A stretch of 64,000 bases of DNA, taken from Clostridiales bacterium. GTDB lineage: Bacteria > Bacillota > Clostridia > Christensenellales > CAG-138. The DNA is taken from NCBI GenBank assembly GCA_004556165.1, contig SFIR01000001.1:150216-214215 (forward strand), read 5' to 3'. How positions within the stretch are numbered: position 1 is the stretch's first letter; each line of letters starts with the position of its first letter. Below the pieces are notes generated by a model. The model saw nothing but the letters and a program-made list of their open reading frames with translations, did not search any database and was not told the origin of the DNA. A program made the position numbers and the translations under genes. Positions 8,931 to 18,904 of the stretch are shown piece by piece.

Positions 8931-10251
8931 AGGATTGGCGTCAAAGCTTCAGAACATATTTAAAAAGCTGGGCAATCGCGGAAAACTATCCGAAAAGGAT
9001 GTTAAGGAAGTCATGCGTGAGGTCAAACTTGCACTGCTTGAAGCCGATGTAAACTTTTCCGTTGTCAAATCCTTTGTTAATACCGTATCCGCTCGTGCGG
9101 TCGGCTCGGAAGTCCTTGAAAGCCTCACTCCGTCCCAGCAGATGATTAAAATCGTCAATGAGGAACTTACAAGCCTCATGGGCGGATCTGTCGAAAAGCT
9201 TAACTATGGCCCGAGGAAGCCCTCTGTTATTTTGCTCGCAGGCCTTCAGGGCGCGGGAAAGACCACAATGGCAGGCAAGCTCGCCGCTTATCTTGCCAAA
9301 ACGAACGGGAAAAAGCCTTTGCTCGTAGCTTGCGATATCTATCGCCCTGCCGCTATCAAACAGCTCCAGGTCGTTGGAGAAAAGGTCGGCGTACCGGTAT
9401 TTGAAAAGGGAACGCAGAATCCCGTTCAGACCGCAAAAGAGGCTATTTCATACGCGGAATACAGCTTTCTCGATCTTGTTATCATTGATACTGCCGGACG
9501 TCTTCATATTGACGAGCGTATGATGGATGAGATCGCAGAGATCAAGGATGCCGTCAATCCTGCGGAGATACTGCTCGTTGTCGATGCAATGACGGGTCAG
9601 GATGCTGTCAATGTCGCCAAGAGCTTCAACGAAAAGCTCGAGCTTACAGGCGTTATTCTAACAAAGCTTGACGGCGATACCCGCGGCGGTGCTGCGCTCA
9701 GCGTGCGTGCCGTGACGGGCAAACCCATCAAATTCTCAGGTATAGGTGAGAAGCTCACAGATATTGAACCGTTCTATCCGGACAGGATGGCTTCAAGAAT
9801 CCTCGGTATGGGCGATGTTCTGACGCTCATCGAGAAAGCGGAGCAGGCTTTTGATGAGAAGAAAGCCGAGGAACTCACGAAAAAAATTAAAAATGACGAC
9901 TTTACCCTTGAGGATTTTCTCGATCAGCTTCAGCAGGTCAAGAAAATGGGTTCAATGCGGGATATCCTCGGTATGCTCCCGGGAGCAGGAAAGCTTAAAG
10001 ATGTTGAGGTTGACCCGAAGGCAACCGGCAGGGTAGAGGCAATAATCAAATCCATGACGCCGCGTGAACGCAGAAAGCCCGATATTCTTAATGCAAGCCG
10101 TAAAAAACGTATTGCAGCCGGAAGCGGAACGAGCGTACAGGAGATAAACAGGCTCCTTAAACAGTTTGAACAGTCGAGGCAGCTGATGAAGCAGTTTACA
10201 GGTAAGGGCCGTAAACGGTTCGGCAAGGGCTTCGGATCATTCGGTATTTAA
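8920..10251 (+). CDS. ffh: Signal recognition particle protein Ffh
   Basis: N domain, GTPase motifs GLQGAGKTT, DTAGR and TKLDGD, and a Met-rich M domain. I set the start at ATG 8920 behind GGAGGG; the track starts at GTG 8914. Confidence 0.96.
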   Translation: MAFEGLASKLQNIFKKLGNRGKLSEKDVKEVMREVKLALLEADVNFSVVKSFVNTVSARAVGSEVLESLTPSQQMIKIVNEELTSLMGGSVEKLNYGPRKPSVILLAGLQGAGKTTMAGKLAAYLAKTNGKKPLLVACDIYRPAAIKQLQVVGEKVGVPVFEKGTQNPVQTAKEAISYAEYSFLDLVIIDTAGRLHIDERMMDEIAEIKDAVNPAEILLVVDAMTGQDAVNVAKSFNEKLELTGVILTKLDGDTRGGAALSVRAVTGKPIKFSGIGEKLTDIEPFYPDRMASRILGMGDVLTLIEKAEQAFDEKKAEELTKKIKNDDFTLEDFLDQLQQVKKMGSMRDILGMLPGAGKLKDVEVDPKATGRVEAIIKSMTPRERRKPDILNASRKKRIAAGSGTSVQEINRLLKQFEQSRQLMKQFTGKGRKRFGKGFGSFGI

Positions 10252-10335
10252 TAACAATCGCATATAACGGGCAACGCCGCTGATACGTTGATCGTTTATG
10301 AATAAATCAACATAAATTTTTCAGGAGGAATTATT

Positions 10336-10578
10336 ATGCTTAAAATCAGGCTCCGCAGAATGGGCGCAAAGAAAGCTCCCTTCTATCGCATCGTAGTTGC
10401 TGATTCCCGTGCACCCCGTGATGGTGCTTTCGTTGAGGAGATCGGTTATTATAACCCCCTCACTGACCCTGCGGAGGTCGTAGTTGATGCCGATAAGGCA
10501 AAGCAGTGGATCAAGAACGGTGCGCAGCCCACTGAAACCGTCCGTGGTCTTTTCAAGAAGAACGGCGTTATTGACTAA
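10336..10578 (+). CDS. rpsP: 30S ribosomal protein S16
   Basis: [30 protein letters not shown] is a canonical S16 N-terminus. Confidence 0.97.
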   Translation: MLKIRLRRMGAKKAPFYRIVVADSRAPRDGAFVEEIGYYNPLTDPAEVVVDADKAKQWIKNGAQPTETVRGLFKKNGVID

Positions 10579-10841
10579 TGGAAGAAGAAATCATGAACGT
10601 ATCGGTTGAAAGCATGATCGCTCTTGTCGAGTATATCACCAAGAACCTTGTTGACGAACCGAACGAAGTTAAGCTCAGCACTAAAGAGGATGAGGAAGCC
10701 ATTACCATTGAACTCTCCGTTGCAAAGGATGATATGGGTAAGGTAATCGGCAAGCAGGGCAGGATTGCTAAGGCCATCCGCACCGTTGTCCGTGCAGCTT
10801 CCGTAAAGAGCGATAAGAAATTCCTCGTAGAGATCGTCTGA
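10578..10841 (+). CDS. KH-domain RNA-binding protein (YlqC family)
   Basis: KDDMGKVIGKQGRIAKAIRTV contains the KH GxxG motif, and the position between rpsP and rimM is conserved. The start could instead be ATG 10593. Confidence 0.85.
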   Translation: MEEEIMNVSVESMIALVEYITKNLVDEPNEVKLSTKEDEEAITIELSVAKDDMGKVIGKQGRIAKAIRTVVRAASVKSDKKFLVEIV

Positions 10842-10843
10842 TC

Positions 10844-11365
10844 ATGGATTGTTTTCGCATAGGTTTGTTTCTGCGTCCGCATGGTGTCAGAGGAGAGGTA
10901 AAGATTTTACCCCTCACTGATAACCTACGCAGATTTTCAAAGCTCAGCGATGCGTATATTGAACAGAAGGATAACGATTATCGTGCAGTGAAGGTAACCG
11001 GCGCTAAGATTGCCGGGGAAACCTCTGTAATCGTTAAAATCGAAGGCATTGACAGCATGGATGACGCGGAAAAGCTCAGAGATAAATATCTCTGCGTTGA
11101 CCGCGCTCATGCCGTTAAGCTGACGGGCGATGCGTATTTCGTCAAGGATCTGATCGGATGCCGCGTCGTCTCGACGGACGGAACGGAATTAGGCACGATG
11201 GTCGATGTCTATGAGACGAACGCCAACGATGTATATGTCGTAAAAGGCAGCAAAACGCTTTCAGCTCCGGCATTAAAGCGTTTGCTGCATACCGTGGATA
11301 TTGAAAACAAACGGATAGTATTCGATGCCGATGTGCTCGAAGAGGTAGGATTATTTGAGGATTGA
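10844..11365 (+). CDS. rimM: 16S rRNA processing protein RimM
   Basis: GLFLRPHGVRGEVKILPLTD N-terminus and a PRC-barrel C-terminus, with conserved synteny. Confidence 0.9.
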   Translation: MDCFRIGLFLRPHGVRGEVKILPLTDNLRRFSKLSDAYIEQKDNDYRAVKVTGAKIAGETSVIVKIEGIDSMDDAEKLRDKYLCVDRAHAVKLTGDAYFVKDLIGCRVVSTDGTELGTMVDVYETNANDVYVVKGSKTLSAPALKRLLHTVDIENKRIVFDADVLEEVGLFED

Positions 11366-12104
11366 TATTCTTACAATTTTTCCGGAGATGTTTGAAAATG
11401 TCCTTTCGTCAAGTATGCTCGGAAGAGCTGCTGCGAAAGGCATTTTGGAGTTTCACGCTCATAATATCCGCGATTATTCGGATAACAAGCATAGAAATAC
11501 CGATGATTATCCTTTCGGCGGAGGCGCCGGAATGGTAATGCTGGCTCAACCCATTTTTGACTGCATAGACGCAGTGACACACGAATGCGGAGACGATACG
11601 AAAATACGCCGTATCGTAATGAGCCCGAGAGGAAAATGCCTTACTCCGGAGCTCGCAATGGAGCTTGCAAAGGAAGATAACCTGTTGATACTTGCCGGCC
11701 ATTATGAGGGCATTGATGAACGGGTTATGGAGCTTATGGATGATGAAGTATCCATTGGGGACTATGTCCTGACCGGAGGCGAGCTTCCGGCGATGGTACT
11801 CATCGACTGCCTTTCAAGGTTTATTCCCGGAGTTCTCGGTTCGAGTGAATCGACAGAGGATGAAAGCTTTTCGGGTTCCGGGCTTCTTGAATATCCGCAG
11901 TACACAAGGCCTGCGGTATTCAGAGGCAGGGAAGTACCTGCGGTGCTTCTGAACGGCAATCACGCGGAAATAAACAAATGGCGCAGGCAGCAGGCACTTA
12001 TCAAGACAAAAGCAATGCGGCCGGATCTTTTGGAAAAGGCAGAGCTTACAAAAAAAGACCTTGAGTTTCTGAACAGGCTTGAATCCGAAACTAAACCGGA
12101 ATAA
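11355..12104 (+). CDS. trmD: tRNA (guanine37-N1)-methyltransferase TrmD
   Basis: RIDILTIFPEMF and DDYPFGGGAGMVM motifs. TTG start overlapping the end of rimM. Confidence 0.95.
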   Translation: MRIDILTIFPEMFENVLSSSMLGRAAAKGILEFHAHNIRDYSDNKHRNTDDYPFGGGAGMVMLAQPIFDCIDAVTHECGDDTKIRRIVMSPRGKCLTPELAMELAKEDNLLILAGHYEGIDERVMELMDDEVSIGDYVLTGGELPAMVLIDCLSRFIPGVLGSSESTEDESFSGSGLLEYPQYTRPAVFRGREVPAVLLNGNHAEINKWRRQQALIKTKAMRPDLLEKAELTKKDLEFLNRLESETKPE

Positions 12105-12151
12105 ACGAATAAATATATTGACAGGAAGTCCGTATTTTGCGTTTATGCCAC

Positions 12152-12180
12152 TTGTAATTTGTATAAATCCGTGCTATAAT
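12152..12180 (+). promoter_or_regulatory. Putative rplS promoter
   Basis: TTGTAA (12152-12157), 17 bp, TGcTATAAT extended -10 (TATAAT at 12175-12180). Confidence 0.5.
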
Positions 12181-12248
12181 AACACGGTTATTTGGGTGGT
12201 CCAATGTCCGATTATTCGGTTATGAACATCTGTAAAAAGGAGATAAAA
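12181..12248 (+). promoter_or_regulatory. Possible L19 (rplS) autoregulatory leader
   Basis: About 68-nt 5' UTR with small hairpins (TTGG-N5-CCAA, CCGA-TTAT-TCGG). L19 leaders are known in Firmicutes, but I cannot confirm a match by eye. Confidence 0.25.
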
Positions 12249-12602
12249 ATGTCAGACATCATCAGAGAGCTCGAAAAAGAGCAGCTTCGTACCGACCTCC
12301 CCAAGCTCGAGATCGGCGACACCGTGCGTGTTTACGTCAAGGTCGTTGAAGGCAACCGCGAGAGGCTTCAGAACTTTGAAGGCATCGTCATCAAGATGCA
12401 GGGCGGCGGCATCCGCAAGTCCTTCACCGTTCGCCGCGTAAGCTACGGCATCGGTGTTGAGAGAACCTTCCCCTACCACAGCCCCCGTATCGGCCATATC
12501 GAGGTCGTTCGCCACGGTGTTGTTCGCAGGGCTAAGCTCTATTACCTTCGCGACAGGACCGGTAAGGCTGCGAAGATCAAAGAGCGCATCGTTACCAAGT
12601 AA
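12249..12602 (+). CDS. rplS: 50S ribosomal protein L19
   Basis: [45 protein letters not shown] is canonical L19. I set the start at 12249 behind AAAGGAG. Confidence 0.97.
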   Translation: MSDIIRELEKEQLRTDLPKLEIGDTVRVYVKVVEGNRERLQNFEGIVIKMQGGGIRKSFTVRRVSYGIGVERTFPYHSPRIGHIEVVRHGVVRRAKLYYLRDRTGKAAKIKERIVTK

Positions 12603-12681
12603 CAAAAAGAGTTTGCTCCCCATACCTTGCGGTGCGGGGAGCTTTTCAGTAATGATTTGATTTTTAATCGGAGGATATGGC

Positions 12682-13569
12682 ATGCAGACGATAAATTGGT
12701 ATCCGGGGCATATGGCAAAAGCCAAGAGGACGCTTGAAGATAATATTAAGCTCGTTGATATGGTGATCGAGATAGTAGATGCTCGTGCGCCGCTTGCCTG
12801 CCGCAATCCCGATTTTGAGGAGCTGTTTAGGAATAAGCTGCGCGTCGTTGTCCTGAATAAGAGCGATCTTTCGTCCAAATCCCAGAATAAGGCTTGGATC
12901 GCGTATTTCAAACAGCAGGGCATCACCGCTGTTGAACTCGTATCAACAAATCCGAGCAGCAGAAAGAATGCAATAGCTCTTATTGAGCGCACGGGTGCCG
13001 AAACCGTAAAGCGCTTCCGTGATAAGGGAATAAACAAAACACTTCGCGCAATGATAGTCGGCGTTCCGAATGTCGGCAAGTCCACTTTTATCAATAGGAT
13101 CGCCGGAACCGCCAAAGCTCAGGTAGGGGACCGTCCGGGTGTTACGCGAAGCAAGCAGTGGGTAAAGGTAACCGATTATCTCGAGCTGCTTGATACTCCG
13201 GGACTGCTCTGGGGAAAGCTTGAGGATGAAACATTAGCCAAGCATCTTGCCTATATCGGCTCAATTCGTGATGACGTGCTGGATGTCGAGGAACTTTCCG
13301 CGCTGCTCCTGTATGACCTCATGCAGATATGCCCCGAACAGCTGACAGCGAGATACAAAAAACTCACCGCCGATATGAAAACTCCCGAGGAACTCCTTGA
13401 CGGAGTATGCAGAAGCAGGGGATTTATACTCAGCGGCGGCGTGCTCGATACCGAACGCGCCGCAAGGATAGTGCTCGATGAATACAGAGCAGGCAAGGTT
13501 GCTCTAATCGCATTGGAAGATCCGGTTGAAGCTTTGAAAACCGAGAATAGCACGGAAGCAGATGACTAA
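12682..13569 (+). CDS. rbgA: Ribosome biogenesis GTPase A (YlqF/RbgA)
   Basis: INWYPGHMAKAKR N-terminus and circularly permuted GTPase motifs (NKSDL then GVPNVGKST). Confidence 0.92.
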   Translation: MQTINWYPGHMAKAKRTLEDNIKLVDMVIEIVDARAPLACRNPDFEELFRNKLRVVVLNKSDLSSKSQNKAWIAYFKQQGITAVELVSTNPSSRKNAIALIERTGAETVKRFRDKGINKTLRAMIVGVPNVGKSTFINRIAGTAKAQVGDRPGVTRSKQWVKVTDYLELLDTPGLLWGKLEDETLAKHLAYIGSIRDDVLDVEELSALLLYDLMQICPEQLTARYKKLTADMKTPEELLDGVCRSRGFILSGGVLDTERAARIVLDEYRAGKVALIALEDPVEALKTENSTEADD

Positions 13570-14203
13570 GGCCGAAGAACGAAAACTGAAAGAACAGCTG
13601 CGGCTTCAGAGCATGACAAGCTTTGAACGTCCCTTTTGGGAGAACGGCATTTTGGTCGCAGGCATGGATGAAGTGGGCAGAGGGCCGCTCGCGGGCCCGG
13701 TCGTTGCCGCCTGCGTAGTTATGAGAAAGGAACCCCTTATTGAGGGCGTCAATGATTCCAAAAAGGTCTCCGAGCATAAACGCGAGCGTCTGTATGACGA
13801 AATCAGGGAAAACGCATTAGCCTTTGGCTTCGGCTGGGAATTTCAGGATGTTATAGACGAGATAAATATCCTTGAAGCAACTAAGAGAGCCTTTGCTCAA
13901 GCATACAGCAGCATGAACTGCGTATGCAGCGATGTGTTTGTCGATGCGGTTAAGAACCTGAAAATAGATGCAAACCAGCATCCGCTGATACACGGTGATG
14001 CGATATGCTACTCGATTGCAGCAGCAAGCATACTTGCTAAGGTCGAAAGGGACAGATTCATGGTCAGGGCTGCCGAGAAATATCCCCAATACGGCTTTGA
14101 AAGGAACAAGGGCTACGGCACCGGGGAACATATTGAAGCAATAAAAAAATTCGGCCCGTGCGAGATGCACAGGATGAGCTTTATTAAGAATTTCATTACC
14201 TGA
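13562..14203 (+). CDS. rnhB: Ribonuclease HII
   Basis: DEVGRGPLAGPVVAA active-site motif, with synteny after rbgA. Confidence 0.93.
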   Translation: MTKAEERKLKEQLRLQSMTSFERPFWENGILVAGMDEVGRGPLAGPVVAACVVMRKEPLIEGVNDSKKVSEHKRERLYDEIRENALAFGFGWEFQDVIDEINILEATKRAFAQAYSSMNCVCSDVFVDAVKNLKIDANQHPLIHGDAICYSIAAASILAKVERDRFMVRAAEKYPQYGFERNKGYGTGEHIEAIKKFGPCEMHRMSFIKNFIT

Positions 14204-14215
14204 CAGAGTGCAATC

Positions 14216-14599
14216 ATGGGAAGACTGAATCTTAAAAACGGAAGCGCAGCTCAGCGTGACGGTGCCAAAGCGGAACGCATGGTAATGTGGTATCTCGTAT
14301 TCCGAGGTTATCGCCTTCTTGAACACAACTATACCGTCGGGCATAAGGAGATAGATCTCATCATGAGAAAACGCGGAACGATCGCGTTTGTTGAGGTCAA
14401 AGCGCGCAGGAAAATTGACGGAAGGTTTCCGCCCCATTTGAGTGTTGATGCAGTTAAAAGAAAAAATATAGTGTCTGCTGCAAAGGTTTATGTGCTTAGG
14501 GAGAAGCTTTCGGGATACATTCTTCGCTTTGATGTTGCTGAGGTTGACCTCAGCAGCAGGAGGATTAACTATATCAGAAATGCCTATACCGAAGGATGA
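14216..14599 (+). CDS. YraN family (UPF0102) endonuclease-like protein
   Basis: Size and motifs (GHKEIDLIM, IAFVEVKAR) fit UPF0102, in the conserved position after rnhB. Confidence 0.85.
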   Translation: MGRLNLKNGSAAQRDGAKAERMVMWYLVFRGYRLLEHNYTVGHKEIDLIMRKRGTIAFVEVKARRKIDGRFPPHLSVDAVKRKNIVSAAKVYVLREKLSGYILRFDVAEVDLSSRRINYIRNAYTEG

Positions 14600-14600
14600 T

Positions 14601-14636
14601 AATACTGCTCATGACCTGATGGAGCAGTATTTTTTG
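14601..14636 (+). terminator. Intrinsic terminator ending the ffh-to-yraN block
   Basis: AATACTGCTC/GAGCAGTATT 10-bp stem, followed by TTTTT. Confidence 0.75.
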
Positions 14637-14765
14637 CGTTGATGCATAGATATTGCAAGCCCGAACGCCAAATTGAACTTGAATATTCAGTAACAATGGG
14701 ATATAATGGATTCAAAGAAGACATATGATCAATTCGCATGTCTTTGCACTATTAAGGAGGAAGCT

Positions 14766-15695
14766 ATGGATAAAATGCTTTCATTGATCGTCCCCGTTTA
14801 TAACGAGGAAGAGGTGCTTCAGGTATCCTTCGAGAAGATGGATGCCGAAATGAAGAAGATAGGCTATCCCTATGAGATTATCTATGTAAACGATGGCAGC
14901 CGCGACAGCTCAATGAGCATACTTCGCAGGATCGCCAAGGATAATCCTCAGGTGAAGGTTCGTTCGTTCAGCAGAAATTTCGGTCATCAGCTGGCAGTGA
15001 CCTGCGGCATGGATGCGGCAAAGGGTGATGCCCTTATCATTATTGATGTCGACCTTCAGGATCCGCCCGAGGTGATCGAAGATATGGTCAAGGCTTGGGA
15101 GAACGGTGCTGATATTGCTTACGGAAAGCGTCTAAAGAGGAAGGGCGAAACCATTTTCAAGAAATTTACTGCTTTCTGTTATTACCGTCTGCTCAAGGCA
15201 ATGAGCGCAAACGCCATTCCTCTTGATACGGGTGATTTCCGCCTCATTGACAGAAAGGTTGCAGATGTATTCCTCAAGATGCGGGAGCATAATCGTTTCC
15301 TTCGCGGCATGAGCGGTTGGATGGGATTTGAAGCCGTTCCGGTGGAATATGTTCGCAACGAACGCTATGCAGGCAAGACCAAATACACACTAAAGAAGAT
15401 GCTGAAGCTTGCAATGGACGGCATCATCGGGTTCAGCGACAGACCGCTGACTCTTTGCACAGGCTTCGGTGCTGCGACCCTTGCAATTGCCGGGCTCGGC
15501 CTTGTCGCTCTCATCGTGCTCGCATGCTGCGCAGCTCATTTCCCTGCGTGGCTCTGGGCTATAGACGGAGTTGTCGCCCTTCAGGCGATGACATTCCTGT
15601 TCCTCGGCATTCAGGGCTCCTATATGAACCGTATGTATGATGAGCTCAAGGCTCGTCCGCTCTATATCGTTGCGGAAGATTTGAATCTTGAATAA
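14766..15695 (+). CDS. Family 2 glycosyltransferase, polyprenyl-phosphate sugar transferase type (GtrB/CsbB-like)
   Basis: LSLIVPVYNEEE, VNDGSRD and DVDLQDPPE (DxD) motifs, plus two C-terminal TM helices. I set the start at 14766 behind AAGGAGG. Confidence 0.88.
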   Translation: MDKMLSLIVPVYNEEEVLQVSFEKMDAEMKKIGYPYEIIYVNDGSRDSSMSILRRIAKDNPQVKVRSFSRNFGHQLAVTCGMDAAKGDALIIIDVDLQDPPEVIEDMVKAWENGADIAYGKRLKRKGETIFKKFTAFCYYRLLKAMSANAIPLDTGDFRLIDRKVADVFLKMREHNRFLRGMSGWMGFEAVPVEYVRNERYAGKTKYTLKKMLKLAMDGIIGFSDRPLTLCTGFGAATLAIAGLGLVALIVLACCAAHFPAWLWAIDGVVALQAMTFLFLGIQGSYMNRMYDELKARPLYIVAEDLNLE

Positions 15696-15778
15696 CAGGC
15701 AATAGAATATGAAAACTGCTTTTGCCGAAGAATAACAACCGAGTCCCTCGGTAAAAGCGAATCTCTTTAATTATATAG

Positions 15779-15806
15779 TTGTTTTTTGTGATTAAAGAGC
15801 TATAAT
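15779..15806 (+). promoter_or_regulatory. Putative gap promoter
   Basis: TTGTTT (15779-15784), 16 bp, TATAAT (15801-15806). It overlaps a 9-bp hairpin CTCTTTAAT/ATTAAAGAG. Confidence 0.4.
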
Positions 15807-15834
15807 ACTGAGTGATAATAAAATAAATCCGTAG

Positions 15835-16881
<1,047 letters not shown>

Positions 16882-16900
16882 TAGGAATAATTGATTGCGG

Positions 16901-16931
16901 ATCGGCATGAATTCTCATGCCGATTCTTTTA
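16901..16931 (+). terminator. Intrinsic terminator after gap
   Basis: ATCGGCATGA-ATTC-TCATGCCGAT perfect 10-bp stem, then TCTTTT. Confidence 0.8.
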
Positions 16932-16978
16932 TGCATTGTGATGTTTACGAATATATATGACCCTTTGGGAAAAATATC

Positions 16979-17006
16979 TTGAAACGGTCTTTATTTTGTT
17001 TATAAT
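16979..17006 (+). promoter_or_regulatory. Putative lplA promoter
   Basis: TTGAAA (16979-16984), 16 bp, TATAAT (17001-17006). Confidence 0.45.
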
Positions 17007-17052
17007 ATTGTGATGTGCGATTGCACAATAAGCTAAATGAAATGAGAAACAA

Positions 17053-18024
17053 ATGAGTAATTATGTCTATATTGCGCCGACCGGTGACGGTTGGATGAAC
17101 CTTGCCCGTGACGGATACTTCCTCGATACCGTAAAGAGGGGGGATGTTATCCTTTATTACTATGTCAACACCAATGCCGTAATCATAGGCAGAAACCAGA
17201 ATGCATGGAAGGAATGCAACCTTTCAAACATGGATAGGGACGGCGTCCAGCTTGTCCGCCGCCATACAGGCGGAGGCGCAGTATATCACGATCCCGGAAA
17301 CCTGAATTTCTCGTTTATCATGAATGAACGTGACTATGATCTCGGAAGGCAGCTAAAGGTCATCACCGATGCCGTCAACGCGCTTGGCGTGCATGCGGAG
17401 GTCTCCGGAAGGAATGATATTCTTATTGACGGAAGGAAGTTTTCCGGAAATGCTTTCGGACTCGCCCATGGCAACCGTTCGCATCACGGAACGATACTTG
17501 TTAATGCTGATCTCAGTAAATTCGGCAACTATCTCAACGTCTCGAAGGCGAAGATACAGTCAAAGGGTGTCAGTTCGGTACGTTCAAGGGTCTGCAATCT
17601 GACCGATTTTTGTCCCGAAGCGAATGTTGAACTCGTCAGGAAGCTTGTTACCGAAAGCTTTATCAGGGAATACGGCAATGCAAGCGAGTATACTTTTGAC
17701 GGTAAAGACCTTGCGGATATTGAGTCGCGTTATGAAGTGCAGAAATCCTGGGAATGGCGTCTCGGAAAAACTCCTGAGTTTGAGTACTCGATAGACCATC
17801 GCTTTTCTTTCGGCGAAATGCAGCTGCATTTCAATCTGAAGGACGGACATATTCAAATGATAAAGGTCTATTCCGATTGCCTTGACACAGAATTATGCGA
17901 TAAGGTCACGTCTGCATTGACGGGGGTCAAATTCACTGACTCTGCAATGATTGGTGCACTTATGAATTTGAATTGCAATGAAGCAAAGGAGATTGCGGAA
18001 TACATCGAAGCCAACGGACTATGA
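17053..18024 (+). CDS. lplA: Lipoate-protein ligase A
   Basis: RRHTGGGAVYHDPGNLNFSF and GRKFSGNA motifs of the LplA/LipB/BirA fold, plus the C-terminal accessory domain. Confidence 0.9.
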   Translation: MSNYVYIAPTGDGWMNLARDGYFLDTVKRGDVILYYYVNTNAVIIGRNQNAWKECNLSNMDRDGVQLVRRHTGGGAVYHDPGNLNFSFIMNERDYDLGRQLKVITDAVNALGVHAEVSGRNDILIDGRKFSGNAFGLAHGNRSHHGTILVNADLSKFGNYLNVSKAKIQSKGVSSVRSRVCNLTDFCPEANVELVRKLVTESFIREYGNASEYTFDGKDLADIESRYEVQKSWEWRLGKTPEFEYSIDHRFSFGEMQLHFNLKDGHIQMIKVYSDCLDTELCDKVTSALTGVKFTDSAMIGALMNLNCNEAKEIAEYIEANGL

Positions 18025-18813
18025 TTTGATCTCCCGTTTGCGCTTTTCGTCTATAATGACGACAATTCCGGCAGCAAACAGTGCAAGCGAAGCGCAGATA
18101 CGCATGTAGATTCTATATCGAATAAAAAAGGAAAGCAGATACAGCCCGATCCCGAGAAGCAGATATTTTCTCGCCCGATCGGGCTTAACTGCATCCTTAA
18201 AGCTGAATTGCCTGCGAGGCCTTGCGGAAGCATTTCGGATAATTTCATCCTTAATCTCTTCATCGGATATTGGGACTAATCGCATTGTCTCCGGTATATC
18301 CTGAATATTCAGCAGCTTCATTCCTCCGAACCGGGCTGCCGCCTCCTGCGCGCCGAAAGAATAATCCGATACACTGAAAACCGTTAATTCTGAATCGTTC
18401 AGCACATTCTCTTCTCGGATGATCGCATATATGTCATCCGAGTCAACGGAAGCAGATTTTTGTATGATGACAGATTTGCCGCTTGAAACCGGGCTTACGG
18501 CTTTTCTTAGGCACTCGGGGGAGATGCACAGCAGCTTTTTTGTCCGCAGTTCCCGTTTGGTTTTGTCATAAAGGCGGGAGATATGTCTTTTGTATTTATA
18601 CTGCTCAATTATGTTCGAAGATATCGCAAGTATTGCAGTAATGACCGCCGCAATGAATATGCGCAGTGCCGATGAATGAACGGCAGCTCTCAGAATCAGG
18701 CTGGCAGCAGCAAATTTCAGCAGATTAACAAAAATGAGGTCAAGCCATAAAGCAACCTTGCTTCTGCCCCCATTATAACTTTTCTTACAGGCCTTTGCGA
18801 ATAAATCTTCCAT
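18019..18813 (-). CDS. Hypothetical membrane protein with a central cytoplasmic domain
   Basis: 264 aa with two N-terminal and two C-terminal TM helices. The central roughly 110-aa domain weakly resembles the Mrr-type restriction-endonuclease fold (VIIQKS...FSVSDYSFGAQEAA). Its 3' end overlaps lplA by 6 bp in convergent orientation. Confidence 0.5.
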   Translation of the reverse strand: MEDLFAKACKKSYNGGRSKVALWLDLIFVNLLKFAAASLILRAAVHSSALRIFIAAVITAILAISSNIIEQYKYKRHISRLYDKTKRELRTKKLLCISPECLRKAVSPVSSGKSVIIQKSASVDSDDIYAIIREENVLNDSELTVFSVSDYSFGAQEAAARFGGMKLLNIQDIPETMRLVPISDEEIKDEIIRNASARPRRQFSFKDAVKPDRARKYLLLGIGLYLLSFFIRYRIYMRICASLALFAAGIVVIIDEKRKREIKS

Positions 18814-18845
18814 ACGGGTAGTATTTCGCCGGATTACAATATTAT

Positions 18846-18887
18846 CCCAAAAGAAATACTGCCGCTGAATTGCTTAGCGGCAGTATT
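18846..18887 (-). terminator. Intrinsic terminator after hisS
   Basis: Minus-strand stem AATACTGCCGCT/AGCGGCAGTATT (12 bp), followed by TTCTTTTGGG. Confidence 0.75.
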
Positions 18888-18904
18888 CCGAAGAAATCAA
18901 ATTA

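Noticed and set aside
12252-13115. A 287-aa minus-strand ORF crossing rplS, the intergenic region and rbgA.
   Set aside because: It is antisense to two unambiguous conserved genes. It has no RBS and no recognisable protein features.
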